Shown here: one piece after another, positions 46,164 through 55,404 of the stretch
How the letters are laid out: every line of letters begins with the position of its first letter
Position numbering within the stretch: position 1 is the first letter of the stretch
Source: an uncultured Bacteroidales bacterium
Lineage (GTDB): Bacteria > Bacteroidota > Bacteroidia > Bacteroidales > VadinHA17
DNA: 64,000 bases
Direction: 5' to 3'
Assembly (NCBI GenBank): GCA_963818295.1
Contig: CAWFRW010000007.1
Location: 74,938 to 138,937 of the forward strand
Notes under the pieces: generated by a model
The model's database searches: none
What the model saw: only the letters and a program-made list of their open reading frames with translations
What the model was told of the DNA's origin: nothing
Made by a program: the position numbers and the translations under genes

Positions 46164-46405
46164 GGGGCTGTAGAAAAAGTCTTTTTAACCGCAAAGCTTT
46201 GTCAGCCGAAGCTTCAGCGAAGGCTGGGACGCTAAGGTTTTCACAAAGTGCGCAAAGATAATACATTGATATAAAGATCTTTGCGACCTTTGCGTAATTG
46301 CCACCAGCGCAATCTGGCCCCTGCGCTAATGAATAGCCCACCGGGCTATTTCTTCACGCTTGGTCCCCTCTGCGGTTAATGGATTTTGACTTTTTCTACA
46401 GCCCC
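46164..46405. repeat. 242-nt composite structured element bounded by 18-nt perfect inverted repeats
   Basis: GGGGCTGTAGAAAAAGTC (46164-46181) and GACTTTTTCTACAGCCCC (46388-46405), extended by AACCGCA/TGCGGTT. The interior is a chain of small hairpins (GCAAAGAT…ATCTTTGC, ATTGC…GCAAT, AATAGCCC…GGGCTATT). It shares GACCTTTGC and CGGTTAATGGATTT with 53284-53308. Confidence 0.75.
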
Positions 46406-46460
46406 ACAACAATTTTACATTGCATCGTAGGGCCACAACATGGCTTTGTCGACATTTCAT

Positions 46461-48467
46461 TCAGTCAACCCTGATTGGAAAAATGACAATCGGAATACCA
46501 AATTTAAAGAATCTCTTCTGAATAGAAAAAATTGTATGATTATGCAGCAGTTTTGAAAGGTAGAATGTTTTGGAGAAAACCAGCTGTCCGCCAAAGAAAG
46601 CTGCTCCCGATAACCTGGGTCTTAGTCTTTTCACTATGCTGTAAATTTCATTCACTGGATCAGTTCCGATTGTCCAGATGCTTTTTCCGTAAAGGCCAAA
46701 CTGATTGGCGACATTAACATATTTTTCACCATCCTCCCTTACTTGTCTTTTAAAATGTTCCAGTTCCTCAGTCCCCCTGTAAATCTTGGAATTTAGAATA
46801 CCAATTCTTACAAACACAATATTGTTATAAACACCTTTAAAATTTTCGAGAATTCTAGGAAGGTGTACAATCCTGTTCCCCAAAACCGCTTACTAAAATA
46901 ATTGCAGTTTTTCCTTCCTTGTTAAATGGGACTTTTTTCAGATTCCTGTCTTCACAAGGTCGCTGACCAATTAGTTTTTCAATCTCATTAAATGCGTTTA
47001 ATCTTAGTTTCTGAAGTTTGAGAGCAGTTTTGAAATAATGACGTTTAATATTTATTGCCAGCAGGACCAGCAAACCTGTAATTACTATAGTTACCCAGCC
47101 ACCCTGTCCGAATTTCAGAATTATTACTGAGACCAGGATAAAGGAGGTAAGAATCAGACCAATGCCATTTATTGCTAGTTTTCGCTTCCATGATACTTTC
47201 TTTCCTCTCATCTCCCACCAATGTTTCACCATTCCAACCTGTGAAATAGTAAATGTTATGAACACATTAATACTATAAAGAACAACCAGCAATGCAACAG
47301 ATCCTTTTGAAAAAACCATCAGAATAAAAGCTCCTGATGCCCATTAATAAAACTCCATTCATTGTTACCAGCCGGTCGCTCAGGGAAGCAAATCTTTTAG
47401 GCAACCAGTGATCAATTGCCATATTTGCCATTATTCTCGGGCCATCAATAAATCCTGTTTGTGCAGCAACAAACAGAAAGTGCAGCTTCAGAAATCAGAG
47501 TAATGAGGACAAAACTTCTAGACCAGAAATATCCCCATCCGGCAGTCAGATTATCAAGTAATACTGCATTTAAAGTTTTATGGGTATCGAGCTGAACATT
47601 AAAAAGCATATAGCAGATCATTAATCCCAGCACCATAAATGAGAGTGAGATCACCATCAGAAACATTGTTTTACGTGCTGTTGCAACTTTAGGTTCTCGC
47701 AGAATTGGCATGCCATTACTTACAGCTTCGATTCCTGTATAGGTTCCGGCACCCATACTATATGCCCGGAGAATTATAAAGAATGTAGCAAAAAAACCAA
47801 ACTGAGATACTGTTGAATGTAATTTCACTGGAAGTCTGACTGGCAACTGCTGCAAAATTTGAGGCATGAATAAAAATTCCATATAAAATGGCAATCACAT
47901 GTGTTAGTAATAAAGACTATAAATATTGGAGTAAGAGAAAGTACTGATTCCTTTAACTCCTCTTAGATTTAAAAGAATCAGAAAACATACTCCTACAAGG
48001 GCAAAAGAAAGTTTGAAGGGTTGCCATTCAGCCGGGAAAAAACTAAATAGGGCATCAGCACCACTTGAGACTGAAAGCGTAATTGTAAGAACATAATCGA
48101 TTATAAGGGCAGAACCAGAGATCATTCCTGTAGTTGGTGATAATAGTTTACTGCCAACCAGATAACCTCCGCCTCCATGTGGAAAAAGACGTGACTATCT
48201 GGTTGTAACTTGAACTTATGATTATAATTGTAAAAACTGTGCCAAGGGCTACAAAAATAGCCAGACTTGTATGGCCCTGTAAATTTCGAAAGCCTCTTCA
48301 GGACCATAACATGATGATGAAATGCCATCCGCTCCAAGACCAATCCATGCAAAAAATGCTACAAGTGTTAATTTATGAAATAATCCTTTGTCCTGAATAG
48401 TTTTTGCTTTGCCAATAAAGGTATTTTTCAGTTTCTCATTGAACGAAGAGCTTACAGTCTGGTCCAT
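46461..48467 (-). pseudogene. APC-superfamily transporter with C-terminal cytoplasmic domain, KimA-like K+ importer candidate (at least 6 frame changes)
   Basis: Fragments 48249..48467, 47904..48125, 47445..47894, 46855..47319 and 46461..46883, plus unlisted pieces. Reconstructed stretches LFPHGGGGYLVGSKLLSPTTGMISGSALIIDYVLTITLSVSSGADA, LRAYSMGAGTYTGIEAVSNGMPILREPK and the tail LLHNHTIFSIQKRFFKFGIPIVIFPIRVD parallel B. subtilis KimA as I remember it. Confidence 0.65.
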
Positions 48468-48708
48468 CTACACTCCTTGTTTGTAGTCCCATCAACACTT
48501 TATCTTACTGCAGGCTTTTCGGTATTCCAACATGTCAGACAATTAGTTGCGCGAAAATAGGGGATACCCATAAGGAACATATAAAGAATATAAAAGAACA
48601 TATAAAGATTTTATAAAGATCTTTAAGGATCTTTTTTTCTGAATCAGACAAAGTGAACGAGTAGAAGTTACAGCTTCCCGGAATTTTATCCGTTTAATAA
48701 TGAATATT

Positions 48709-48720
48709 AATATATTTGTT
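48709..48720 (+). promoter_or_regulatory. promoter-like 12-mer AATATATTTGTT upstream of DUF47 copy C
   Basis: TATATTTG at 48711-48718, 25 nt before ATG 48744. Confidence 0.4.
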
Positions 48721-48743
48721 TATCAAACCAATAAACATCGAAT

Positions 48744-49394
48744 ATGGCGGTATTTACAAGAACAACAAAGAACCTGATCCTGAAGATTGATGAGTTCTTT
48801 GACAATATAGATCTTGGACTGCTTGTTTTCAGGGAAGGGATAAAGGCATATCTTGATAAGGATATGGAGGCATTTGAACGGCATCTTCAGAAGGTTGATT
48901 CCCTCGAGAGCAATGCTGACAAGCTTCAGCGCGCGATTGAAAATGAGATGATCACTCATTCAATACTTCCTCAGCACAGGGCGGAGGTCAGCACACTTAT
49001 AGATCAGCTTGATGAGATAATAGATGCCGTAAAAAGCACTCTGAACGAGATCAGCATCGAACTGCCCGATATCCCGGAATCACTTAACAAAAATTTTATA
49101 AGTCTAACAGAGACTTCAATAAACTCTGCAGAGGAGCTTATACCTGCAGCAAGGGCATTCTTCAGGGCCCCATATACAGTCAGGGATAAGCTGCTTAAAG
49201 TCTATTATTTTGAAACTGAAACAGATAAAATATCTTTTTCCACAAAGAAGATCATTTTTCAGGAGATGAATGAACTTGATCTGGCTCATAAGTCTCATTT
49301 GAGATATATAATTCACCACATAGAAAATATTTCCGATCTGGCACAGAAGGCTGCTGACTCTGTTGTCAGTGCGCAATGGCGATTAAAATTATGA
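48744..49394 (+). CDS. DUF47 / PhoU-like phosphate-transport regulator family protein, copy C (divergent paralogue)
   Basis: Intact 216-aa ORF of the same length and helical pattern as copy B, but much lower identity. Directly upstream of the second PiT gene. Confidence 0.75.
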   Translation: MAVFTRTTKNLILKIDEFFDNIDLGLLVFREGIKAYLDKDMEAFERHLQKVDSLESNADKLQRAIENEMITHSILPQHRAEVSTLIDQLDEIIDAVKSTLNEISIELPDIPESLNKNFISLTETSINSAEELIPAARAFFRAPYTVRDKLLKVYYFETETDKISFSTKKIIFQEMNELDLAHKSHLRYIIHHIENISDLAQKAADSVVSAQWRLKL

Positions 49395-49400
49395 TGTAAT

Positions 49401-50646
49401 ATGATTCTGTTCTTCCTGACAAGCGGTCTTTTCCTTGGCTGGTCGCTCGGGGCAAATGATGCCTCCACATGTGTTCGGTTCAGCTGTGGGTTCAAAGATG
49501 GTAACATTCAGAAAAGCGGCAATAATTGCTTCAGTATTTTTCATTCTGGGAGCCGTTCTTCAGGGTTCAGGGACATCTCATACTCTTGGTAAGCTTGGAG
49601 CCGTGAATGCACTCGGCGGATCATTCACAGTTGCACTGGCGGCTGCGATTACAATCTACATGATGACAAAGTTTGCGATGCCTATATCGACAACCCAGGC
49701 TATTGTCGGAGCAATTATCGGATGGAACTTTTTTACCGGAAACCATACAGACAGCAAGACCCTGTCTACCATTGTGATGGCATGGATGGCTGGTCCTGTA
49801 ATGGGTGCGATATTCGCAATCATCCTGTATATAATCGTAAAGATATTCAAGAAATCGATGAAGATACATCTGATACGATTTGAGTCATTTATAAAGACAG
49901 GATTAATTGTTGTCGGCGCTTTCGGCTCTTACAGTCTTGGAGCCAATAACATTGCCAATGTTATGGGAGTCTTTCTGCCTGCATTCAATCTTAATGATCT
50001 CGATCTGGGCATCTTTACGCTGAACTCAGCACAACAGCTATTCCTCCTTGGCGGAATTGCAATTGCCGCAGGAATAATTACATATTCACGGAAAGTGATG
50101 AATACCCTGGGAAACAATATTTTAGAACTCTCTGCCGAAGCTGCCCTTGTTGTTGTTCTGGCACAGGCGATTGTACTTTTTATTTTTTCATCAACCGGTC
50201 TGTCGACCTTTGTTGTCAATCACGGCCTCCCTCCTATTCCAATGGTCCCGGTTTCAAGCTCACAGGTAATTGTAGGCTGTATTATCGGGATTGGTCTTTA
50301 TAAGGGTGGCAGAAACATAAATTTCAGAATCCTTGGCGAGATCGGGCTGGGCTGGATCATATCACCTCTTTCATCAGGTTTACTTACATTTTTCATGCTG
50401 TTCTTCATGAAGAATATATTCGGTATTGATGTCGGATTTAATGCCGGTGATCCGGTTGCTGTTGCTGCCCATTTAAATAATCCGATGATGGCAGGTCAGT
50501 CAGATATATCGGATATAGTCAAATATCTCCTTCTCGGATTGTTTGTCTTTGGAGCTCTTGGACTTGCATATTATATCCTTCTTGAAAACAAAAAAAGAAG
50601 AGAGCTGCAAAAATCAGAAGCCAAATTCTGGAAGAATATGAAATGA
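49401..50646 (+). pseudogene. pit: PiT-family inorganic phosphate transporter, copy 2 (one frameshift near 49460)
   Basis: MILFFLTSGLFLGWSLGANDAS (49401..) shifts into …VFGSAVGSKMVTFRKAAIIA… (49435..50646). The second half has …YSLGANNIANVMG…. Confidence 0.8.
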
Positions 50647-50681
50647 GATCACCATCACTTCTTTCATGACCAACCCCCAAA

Positions 50682-50697
50682 TCCCCCAAATGGGGGA
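50682..50697. terminator. GC hairpin TCCCCC-AAAT-GGGGGA in a convergent spacer
   Basis: Preceded by a duplicated word CCCCCAAAT x2 (50674-50691). Between the PiT copy 2 stop and the M49 peptidase stop. The T-run is poor. Confidence 0.35.
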
Positions 50698-50816
50698 CTT
50701 TAGCCTCCTCTTTACAGTGATATATAAAAGATATCAGAGCTTCCGAATTCTTTATCTGAGTAGATATTAGCCCTCCTTCAGGGGGGTTGAGGGGTTGCCT
50801 GACAAAAAATTAGATT

Positions 50817-52906
50817 TTACTGTTTAACTCCATTCTTCCTCCGTGAAACTATTTTTACCGCTGTGGATCTCCAAAGAGTTGTATTACGTTTACAGCACAA
50901 AAATGAATAATTCTTCCCGTAATCCATCATCTGTCCGAGATAATCATCCGTATACTTAACCACTACATCCGAAATAGTCCCATTTGTATCATAAACCGGT
51001 GATAATACTGGATTTACAAAACCTGTATATGGAGCCAGATGTAGCTTTTCGTAACGATCAAGAATTTCAGCATGAAGCACCGGATCAATCTTCACTCCGT
51101 AGTCCTCAATCAGTTTTTTACCTGAGACAAAATCGCCTTCCGATTTAATCCGCTGGATCTCCATGAGTAATTCTCCGAAAAGCGTTCTGAGCCTGTCATA
51201 ATCATTTATCTTCACAGATGTCTTGCCGTCATGATTAATGAATTCAACGACATTTTCACTTTTTCCCCGGCAATAAGCCCACTGTGAAATTACCGACCTG
51301 CAGCGCATATGTGCCTCTTCAATATCTTTTCCTCGCTTTATTCTGACTATCTGTGTAAGCAAGCCATTCCTGAGGTAAGAGTCATATTCAGCCTCTGCAG
51401 CTTCACGTCCGGGCAGCAGTCCCAGTTCTGTTATCTTATTGTCCATTATGAAATATAGCGCAAACAGGTCTGCCCTTGCCTCCTCAAGCGTCGAAGCATA
51501 ATTTTTCAAGGCATTCGGATCAGTACCTTCAGCCAGTTTGCCGCTGGCGTGTCCGATACACTCATGAAGATCTGTATGAAGGGCATCAGCTATAGCGGCA
51601 TATTTTTTACTCCTTGCTACTTCATCTGCATCAGCTGCAAACTCTTCAAGGAAACCATTCCCCTGAGATGATACATCGTATGCATTTGTTATATTGGCCA
51701 GTGTAACGGATTTGGATCCGACCTCTTTTCTTATCCAGTCGGCATTGGGAAGATTTATACCCAGAGGAGATGCAGGATAACAATCTCCTCCGAGCATTGC
51801 AATATTTATTACTTTGGCAGCAACACCTGTAACTTTCTCTTTTTTGTACTTCGGCTGGATAGGTGAATTATCTTCAAACCACTGGGCATTCGAAGTTATA
51901 ATTCTTGTCCTCTTCGTCGCTTCGAGGTCTGTATAATCAACTATCGCCTCCCATGTTGCCTTCATTCCAAGCGGATCTTCATAGTTCTCAATAAACCCAT
52001 TTATATAATCTATCATGGAATCGCTGTTCTTCACCCAGGCTACATTGTATTCATCCCATTTCCTGAGATCTCCCGATTTATAATATTCAATCAGAAGACC
52101 AAGTTCATTCTTTTGGGCAAGTGTCTCAGCTACTGATGCCGCCTTTTCAAGCCATTTAACAATTACCTCAATCGCCTGACCATACTTACCATTTAAACTG
52201 TAGACCTCTTCGGTCAGCTTCTCCCTTGGCCTTTACAATTTTTGAATTCAGTCCCAGAGAAACAGGATGAGGATCCATTGGGATTGGTTTTTCCTGCATA
52301 AAACTCCTCAACCTCCTTCTGTGTAACACCTTCATAAAAGTTGGATGCCGATTCGGCAACCATATCCGCTCCCTCCCTCTGTTCAACCTTTCTGGGATAA
52401 AGCTTCTCGCTCGAATATAACCGGAGACAATTCTGATATCAGCTGATCTAGTAGACTGACCGGAAGAAAGCGGAAGTTTCACGGGATCGCTTTCCTTCAC
52501 CAGCCGGGCAAAATATTCTTCTGAAAAACCCGGCTTCAGTCTTGTCTCTCGAATAGTGGTGATGAATTCCGTTAGCAAAGAATACCCTTTTAGCATAGAT
52601 GAGAAATGAATTGTAATCGGCAGACTCCCTGTCGCCTGAATAGCTTTCAATAATCGCTTCAAGGGTCTTTCTTATTTTAAGGTTATACCTGAAGTTCTGA
52701 TCCCACAGGATATCCCGGCCTGAAAGTGCAGCCTGACTCAGATAATATAAATACTCTTTTTCATTAAGTGCAAGCGATTCAAATCCGGGAAGCTTATATT
52801 TAAGAACCCTCATATCATCGAACTGTTCAACGAAGTATACGAAATCATCTTTGATTTCAGCTGTGGGTAGTTCATTATTGCTATGAATCATGCTCAGTGT
52901 TACCAT
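50817..52906 (-). pseudogene. M49 (dipeptidyl-peptidase III) family metallopeptidase (at least 3 frame changes in the 5' third)
   Basis: HECIGHASGK (HExxGH) and EEARADL are in the intact 50817..52034 block. N-terminal fragments are 52448..52906 and 52186..52662. Confidence 0.8.
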
Positions 52907-53050
52907 AAAGAGTAAATATTTACAAGCTGCAAAATTATAAAAATTGCAATGATTATGTCTGACTGCTCTTTTTCGAAACTACCCTTTATCTGCATGCTGT
53001 TAGCTTACCCTCCGCTTTTTTTTAAGCGTTGGGCCATTATGAGGTGGGCG

Positions 53051-53133
53051 GGGGGAAGAAGTGGCGATTCGCCAATAGAAATTTCACATTTCCAAAGCCA
53101 AATCCCGGTTGGCGAAGCGCCACTTCTTCCCCC
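53051..53133. repeat. long hairpin with 16-bp perfect GC-rich arms
   Basis: GGGGGAAGAAGTGGCG (53051-53066) and CGCCACTTCTTCCCCC (53118-53133), extended by ATTCGCCAA / TTGGCGAAG. Confidence 0.85.
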
Positions 53134-53164
53134 TATTGTACCAAACTGATATTGTCATTCCGAA

Positions 53165-53214
53165 TTAATCCACAAAACTCGTTTACGCATCCTTTGTGTT
53201 ATACTGTGGATTAA
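53165..53214. repeat. hairpin TTAATCCACA … TGTGGATTAA
   Basis: 10-bp perfect arms at 53165-53174 and 53205-53214, with partly complementary flanks. Confidence 0.8.
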
Positions 53215-53249
53215 TGAGGAATCTCCCGGACCGATCACAATTCCACCTT

Positions 53250-53277
53250 CAGCCCTCAGCCTTCTGCCCTTAGCCCT
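53250..53277. repeat. 7-nt stuttered word island CAGCCCT CAGCCTT CTGCCCT TAGCCCT
   Basis: Four consecutive heptamers with one or two substitutions each. Confidence 0.8.
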
Positions 53278-53390
53278 GTTTCCCCGACCTTTGCCGGTTA
53301 ATGGATTTCATGCACAGGCAAAACAATGAATCAACCACCCCGGCCGGGAAACAACTTTTGTAAATATCAGATAATCAGTAGTCCCGGCCA

Positions 53391-53467
53391 CCCCTCCTTC
53401 AAAAAGGAGGGGAAAATGACAATATAATTGTTACAGGGGGACCCTCCCCTTATTTTTTAAGGGGAGG
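53391..53467. repeat. two GC-clamp hairpins
   Basis: CCCCTCCTTC-AAAAA-GGAGGGG (53391-53412) and CCTCCCCTT-ATTTTTT-AAGGGGAGG (53443-53467). Confidence 0.8.
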
Positions 53468-53620
53468 CAGGGAGGGGTTAAAACTCACATGGTTTGACGG
53501 CCTTGGGTTAGTTGGTATTTAATTATCTTGAACCTGATGCCGGTTTTTTTGTTTAATAATTTGATACGAAAGAGAAATTGAAGCTGAGAATTTATTAATT
53601 AACCGAAAAATCAAATCCCA

Positions 53621-54022
53621 ATGAAAAAGATGAGTCCTGTTGTACATTTTGAGTTGCCGGCAGCAGACAGAATGCGGATGGCAAAATTTTACACAAAGGT
53701 ATTCGGCTGGCAGACGGAGATGCTCGGAGAGGATATGGGCAACTATGTTACTGCTTCAACAACATCAACAGATGCAAATGGACGTCCCTCAACCCCGGGA
53801 GCAATCAACGGAGGTTTTTATCCGGTCAGCGCCGATGAACCTGCACAGTATCCATCTGTAGTAATAGCTGTTGATGACATAAAAGAGGCTGCAGCAGATG
53901 TGGCAAAATCAGGCGGCACCGTACTGGGAGAACCCGTAATGATACCGGGGGTAGGACTGTATGTTTCATTCATTGACACCGAGGGCAACAGGTTAAGTAT
54001 TCTTCAACCGTCAATGGGATGA
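53621..54022 (+). CDS. VOC (glyoxalase/bleomycin-resistance) family protein
   Basis: Intact 133-aa ORF. The VHFELPAAD…FYTKVFGW…GGFY…VDDI…GG…PGVG…F.D.EGN pattern is typical of small VOC proteins. Confidence 0.75.
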   Translation: MKKMSPVVHFELPAADRMRMAKFYTKVFGWQTEMLGEDMGNYVTASTTSTDANGRPSTPGAINGGFYPVSADEPAQYPSVVIAVDDIKEAAADVAKSGGTVLGEPVMIPGVGLYVSFIDTEGNRLSILQPSMG

Positions 54023-54141
54023 AGTCAGATAGCAGGAGAAGCTGATAATATTTAAATTATTCGCTCACAGACTCTGTTCTTCGTGTGTCAGGATTGTTTT
54101 TTTTTATAATTTTAAATCAGTCCTTAACCAGTACATCATAC

Positions 54142-55404
54142 ATGAAGAAGAGAATACCATTTTGCCATTTTACACCTCTTGTATCAATTTTATTTTTACT
54201 TTATGCCAATCCCCGGCAGACACTTGCAGCAGAGGCTGATCATAAACTAAATGTTCTTGTAATCTTTGCTCATCCTGATGAAGGAGAGATCTATGCAGGA
54301 GGAATCTCTGCCATCTATTCGAAAATGGGTCACAGTGTCAGGTTTCTCTCACTCACAAATGGTGATGCCGGCCACTGGTCGATGAATCCCGATTCACTTG
54401 CCAAACGTCGCTACAATGAAGCAATGGAAGCAAAGAAGATTCTGGGGCTGGCAGATTATGAAATTCTTGATTTTCATGATGGAAAACTGAAAAACTCACC
54501 TGAAATACAAAAAATTGTAGCCAACAGGATAGAGAAGTGGAAGAGTGATATTGTGCTTCTTTATTATCCAATTGTAACAGAACCGGGCGGACATAATGAC
54601 AATATGCAGGCGGGGCTGATCGCAAGGGATGCGGCATCACTGGTTAAAATGGAAAAGATGCCTCTTTTCCTCTACATGCGTGACTATTTCACAACCGGAT
54701 TTTCTCACATTCCGGATATCGCCTTTAACATTGAAGATGTCTGGGATATAAAACTTCTCGCGATGAAAGCCCACGAATCGCAGGTGGTTGAAGCTAATCC
54801 TCATGCCGATGGCATTCTTGATGAAGTGTTAAAGAGTGAAACGAAACGACAGGAGTATCTTTTTTACAATTCATATCCCTTCAGCAGGATCACACCTGAT
54901 ATTAAACTGGCAATTAAAAAATGGTATGGATCGGATAAAGCCGAACAGATCAGCTGGGTTGAAGCTTTTGAATTCGCAGAAATAGGAAGACAAATCAATA
55001 ATCAGGCTATTGCTGAATTATTCCCTATGCTCCCGGCTCCTTATACCTTACAAGGAAAAACAGCGTGGCTGGATACGGGGATTGATCTTGTGAGCGGACA
55101 GGGAGTAGAAATCCGGGCGGAAGGTGAGGTTGTGTGGAAGAAAGAGGGATATAACTGGTGCGGTCCGGATGGCAATTCACCATATACACGCTGGGGCAAA
55201 CGACCAGTCCTGGGTTCAGGTGTCGGCGCACTGATCGGTAGAATAGGGCAATCTTCAGAGTATACGTTTTTTATCGGCAATAATCTGTCTATGGAGGCCT
55301 GCGCAGACGGACGGCTTTTCATTGGCATCAATGATGACAACACAAGTGACAATGCAGGCTTTTTTAGTGTCTGGATCAAAAGGATTTTAATACAAAAACC
55401 ATGA
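54142..55404 (+). CDS. secreted PIG-L/LmbE-family deacetylase fused to a C-terminal lectin-like beta-sandwich (PA-IL/LecA-like)
   Basis: The track ORF starts at GTG 54085; ATG 54142 (MKKRIPF…signal) is more plausible. LVIFAHPDEGEIYAGG LmbE motif. C-terminal ~115 aa: …WLDTGIDLVSGQGVEIRAEGEVVW…IGINDDNTSDNAGFFSVWI. Confidence 0.7.
   Translation: MKKRIPFCHFTPLVSILFLLYANPRQTLAAEADHKLNVLVIFAHPDEGEIYAGGISAIYSKMGHSVRFLSLTNGDAGHWSMNPDSLAKRRYNEAMEAKKILGLADYEILDFHDGKLKNSPEIQKIVANRIEKWKSDIVLLYYPIVTEPGGHNDNMQAGLIARDAASLVKMEKMPLFLYMRDYFTTGFSHIPDIAFNIEDVWDIKLLAMKAHESQVVEANPHADGILDEVLKSETKRQEYLFYNSYPFSRITPDIKLAIKKWYGSDKAEQISWVEAFEFAEIGRQINNQAIAELFPMLPAPYTLQGKTAWLDTGIDLVSGQGVEIRAEGEVVWKKEGYNWCGPDGNSPYTRWGKRPVLGSGVGALIGRIGQSSEYTFFIGNNLSMEACADGRLFIGINDDNTSDNAGFFSVWIKRILIQKP

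Noticed and set aside
46102-46341. Track ORF (79 aa) inside the inverted-repeat element; also ORFs 52949..53149, 53029..53214 and 18053..18280
   Set aside because: They lie wholly within hairpin or repeat DNA. Their composition is low-complexity and dictated by the repeats, and they have no family resemblance or plausible start context.
46164-46405. The inverted-repeat-bounded element as an insertion sequence or MITE
   Set aside because: There is no transposase in the window and I see no clear target-site duplication. MITE-like status cannot be established from one full copy and one fragment, so it is reported only as a repeat.
46042-46460. A c-di-AMP (ydaO/kimA-type) riboswitch in the kdp leader, and likewise in the kimA-like leader (48468-48743)
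   Set aside because: I could not recognise the conserved pseudo-symmetric core motifs by eye. The structured element here has simple terminal inverted repeats and recurs elsewhere (53284-53308), which looks like a dispersed repeat. A covariance-model scan would be needed to exclude a riboswitch formally.
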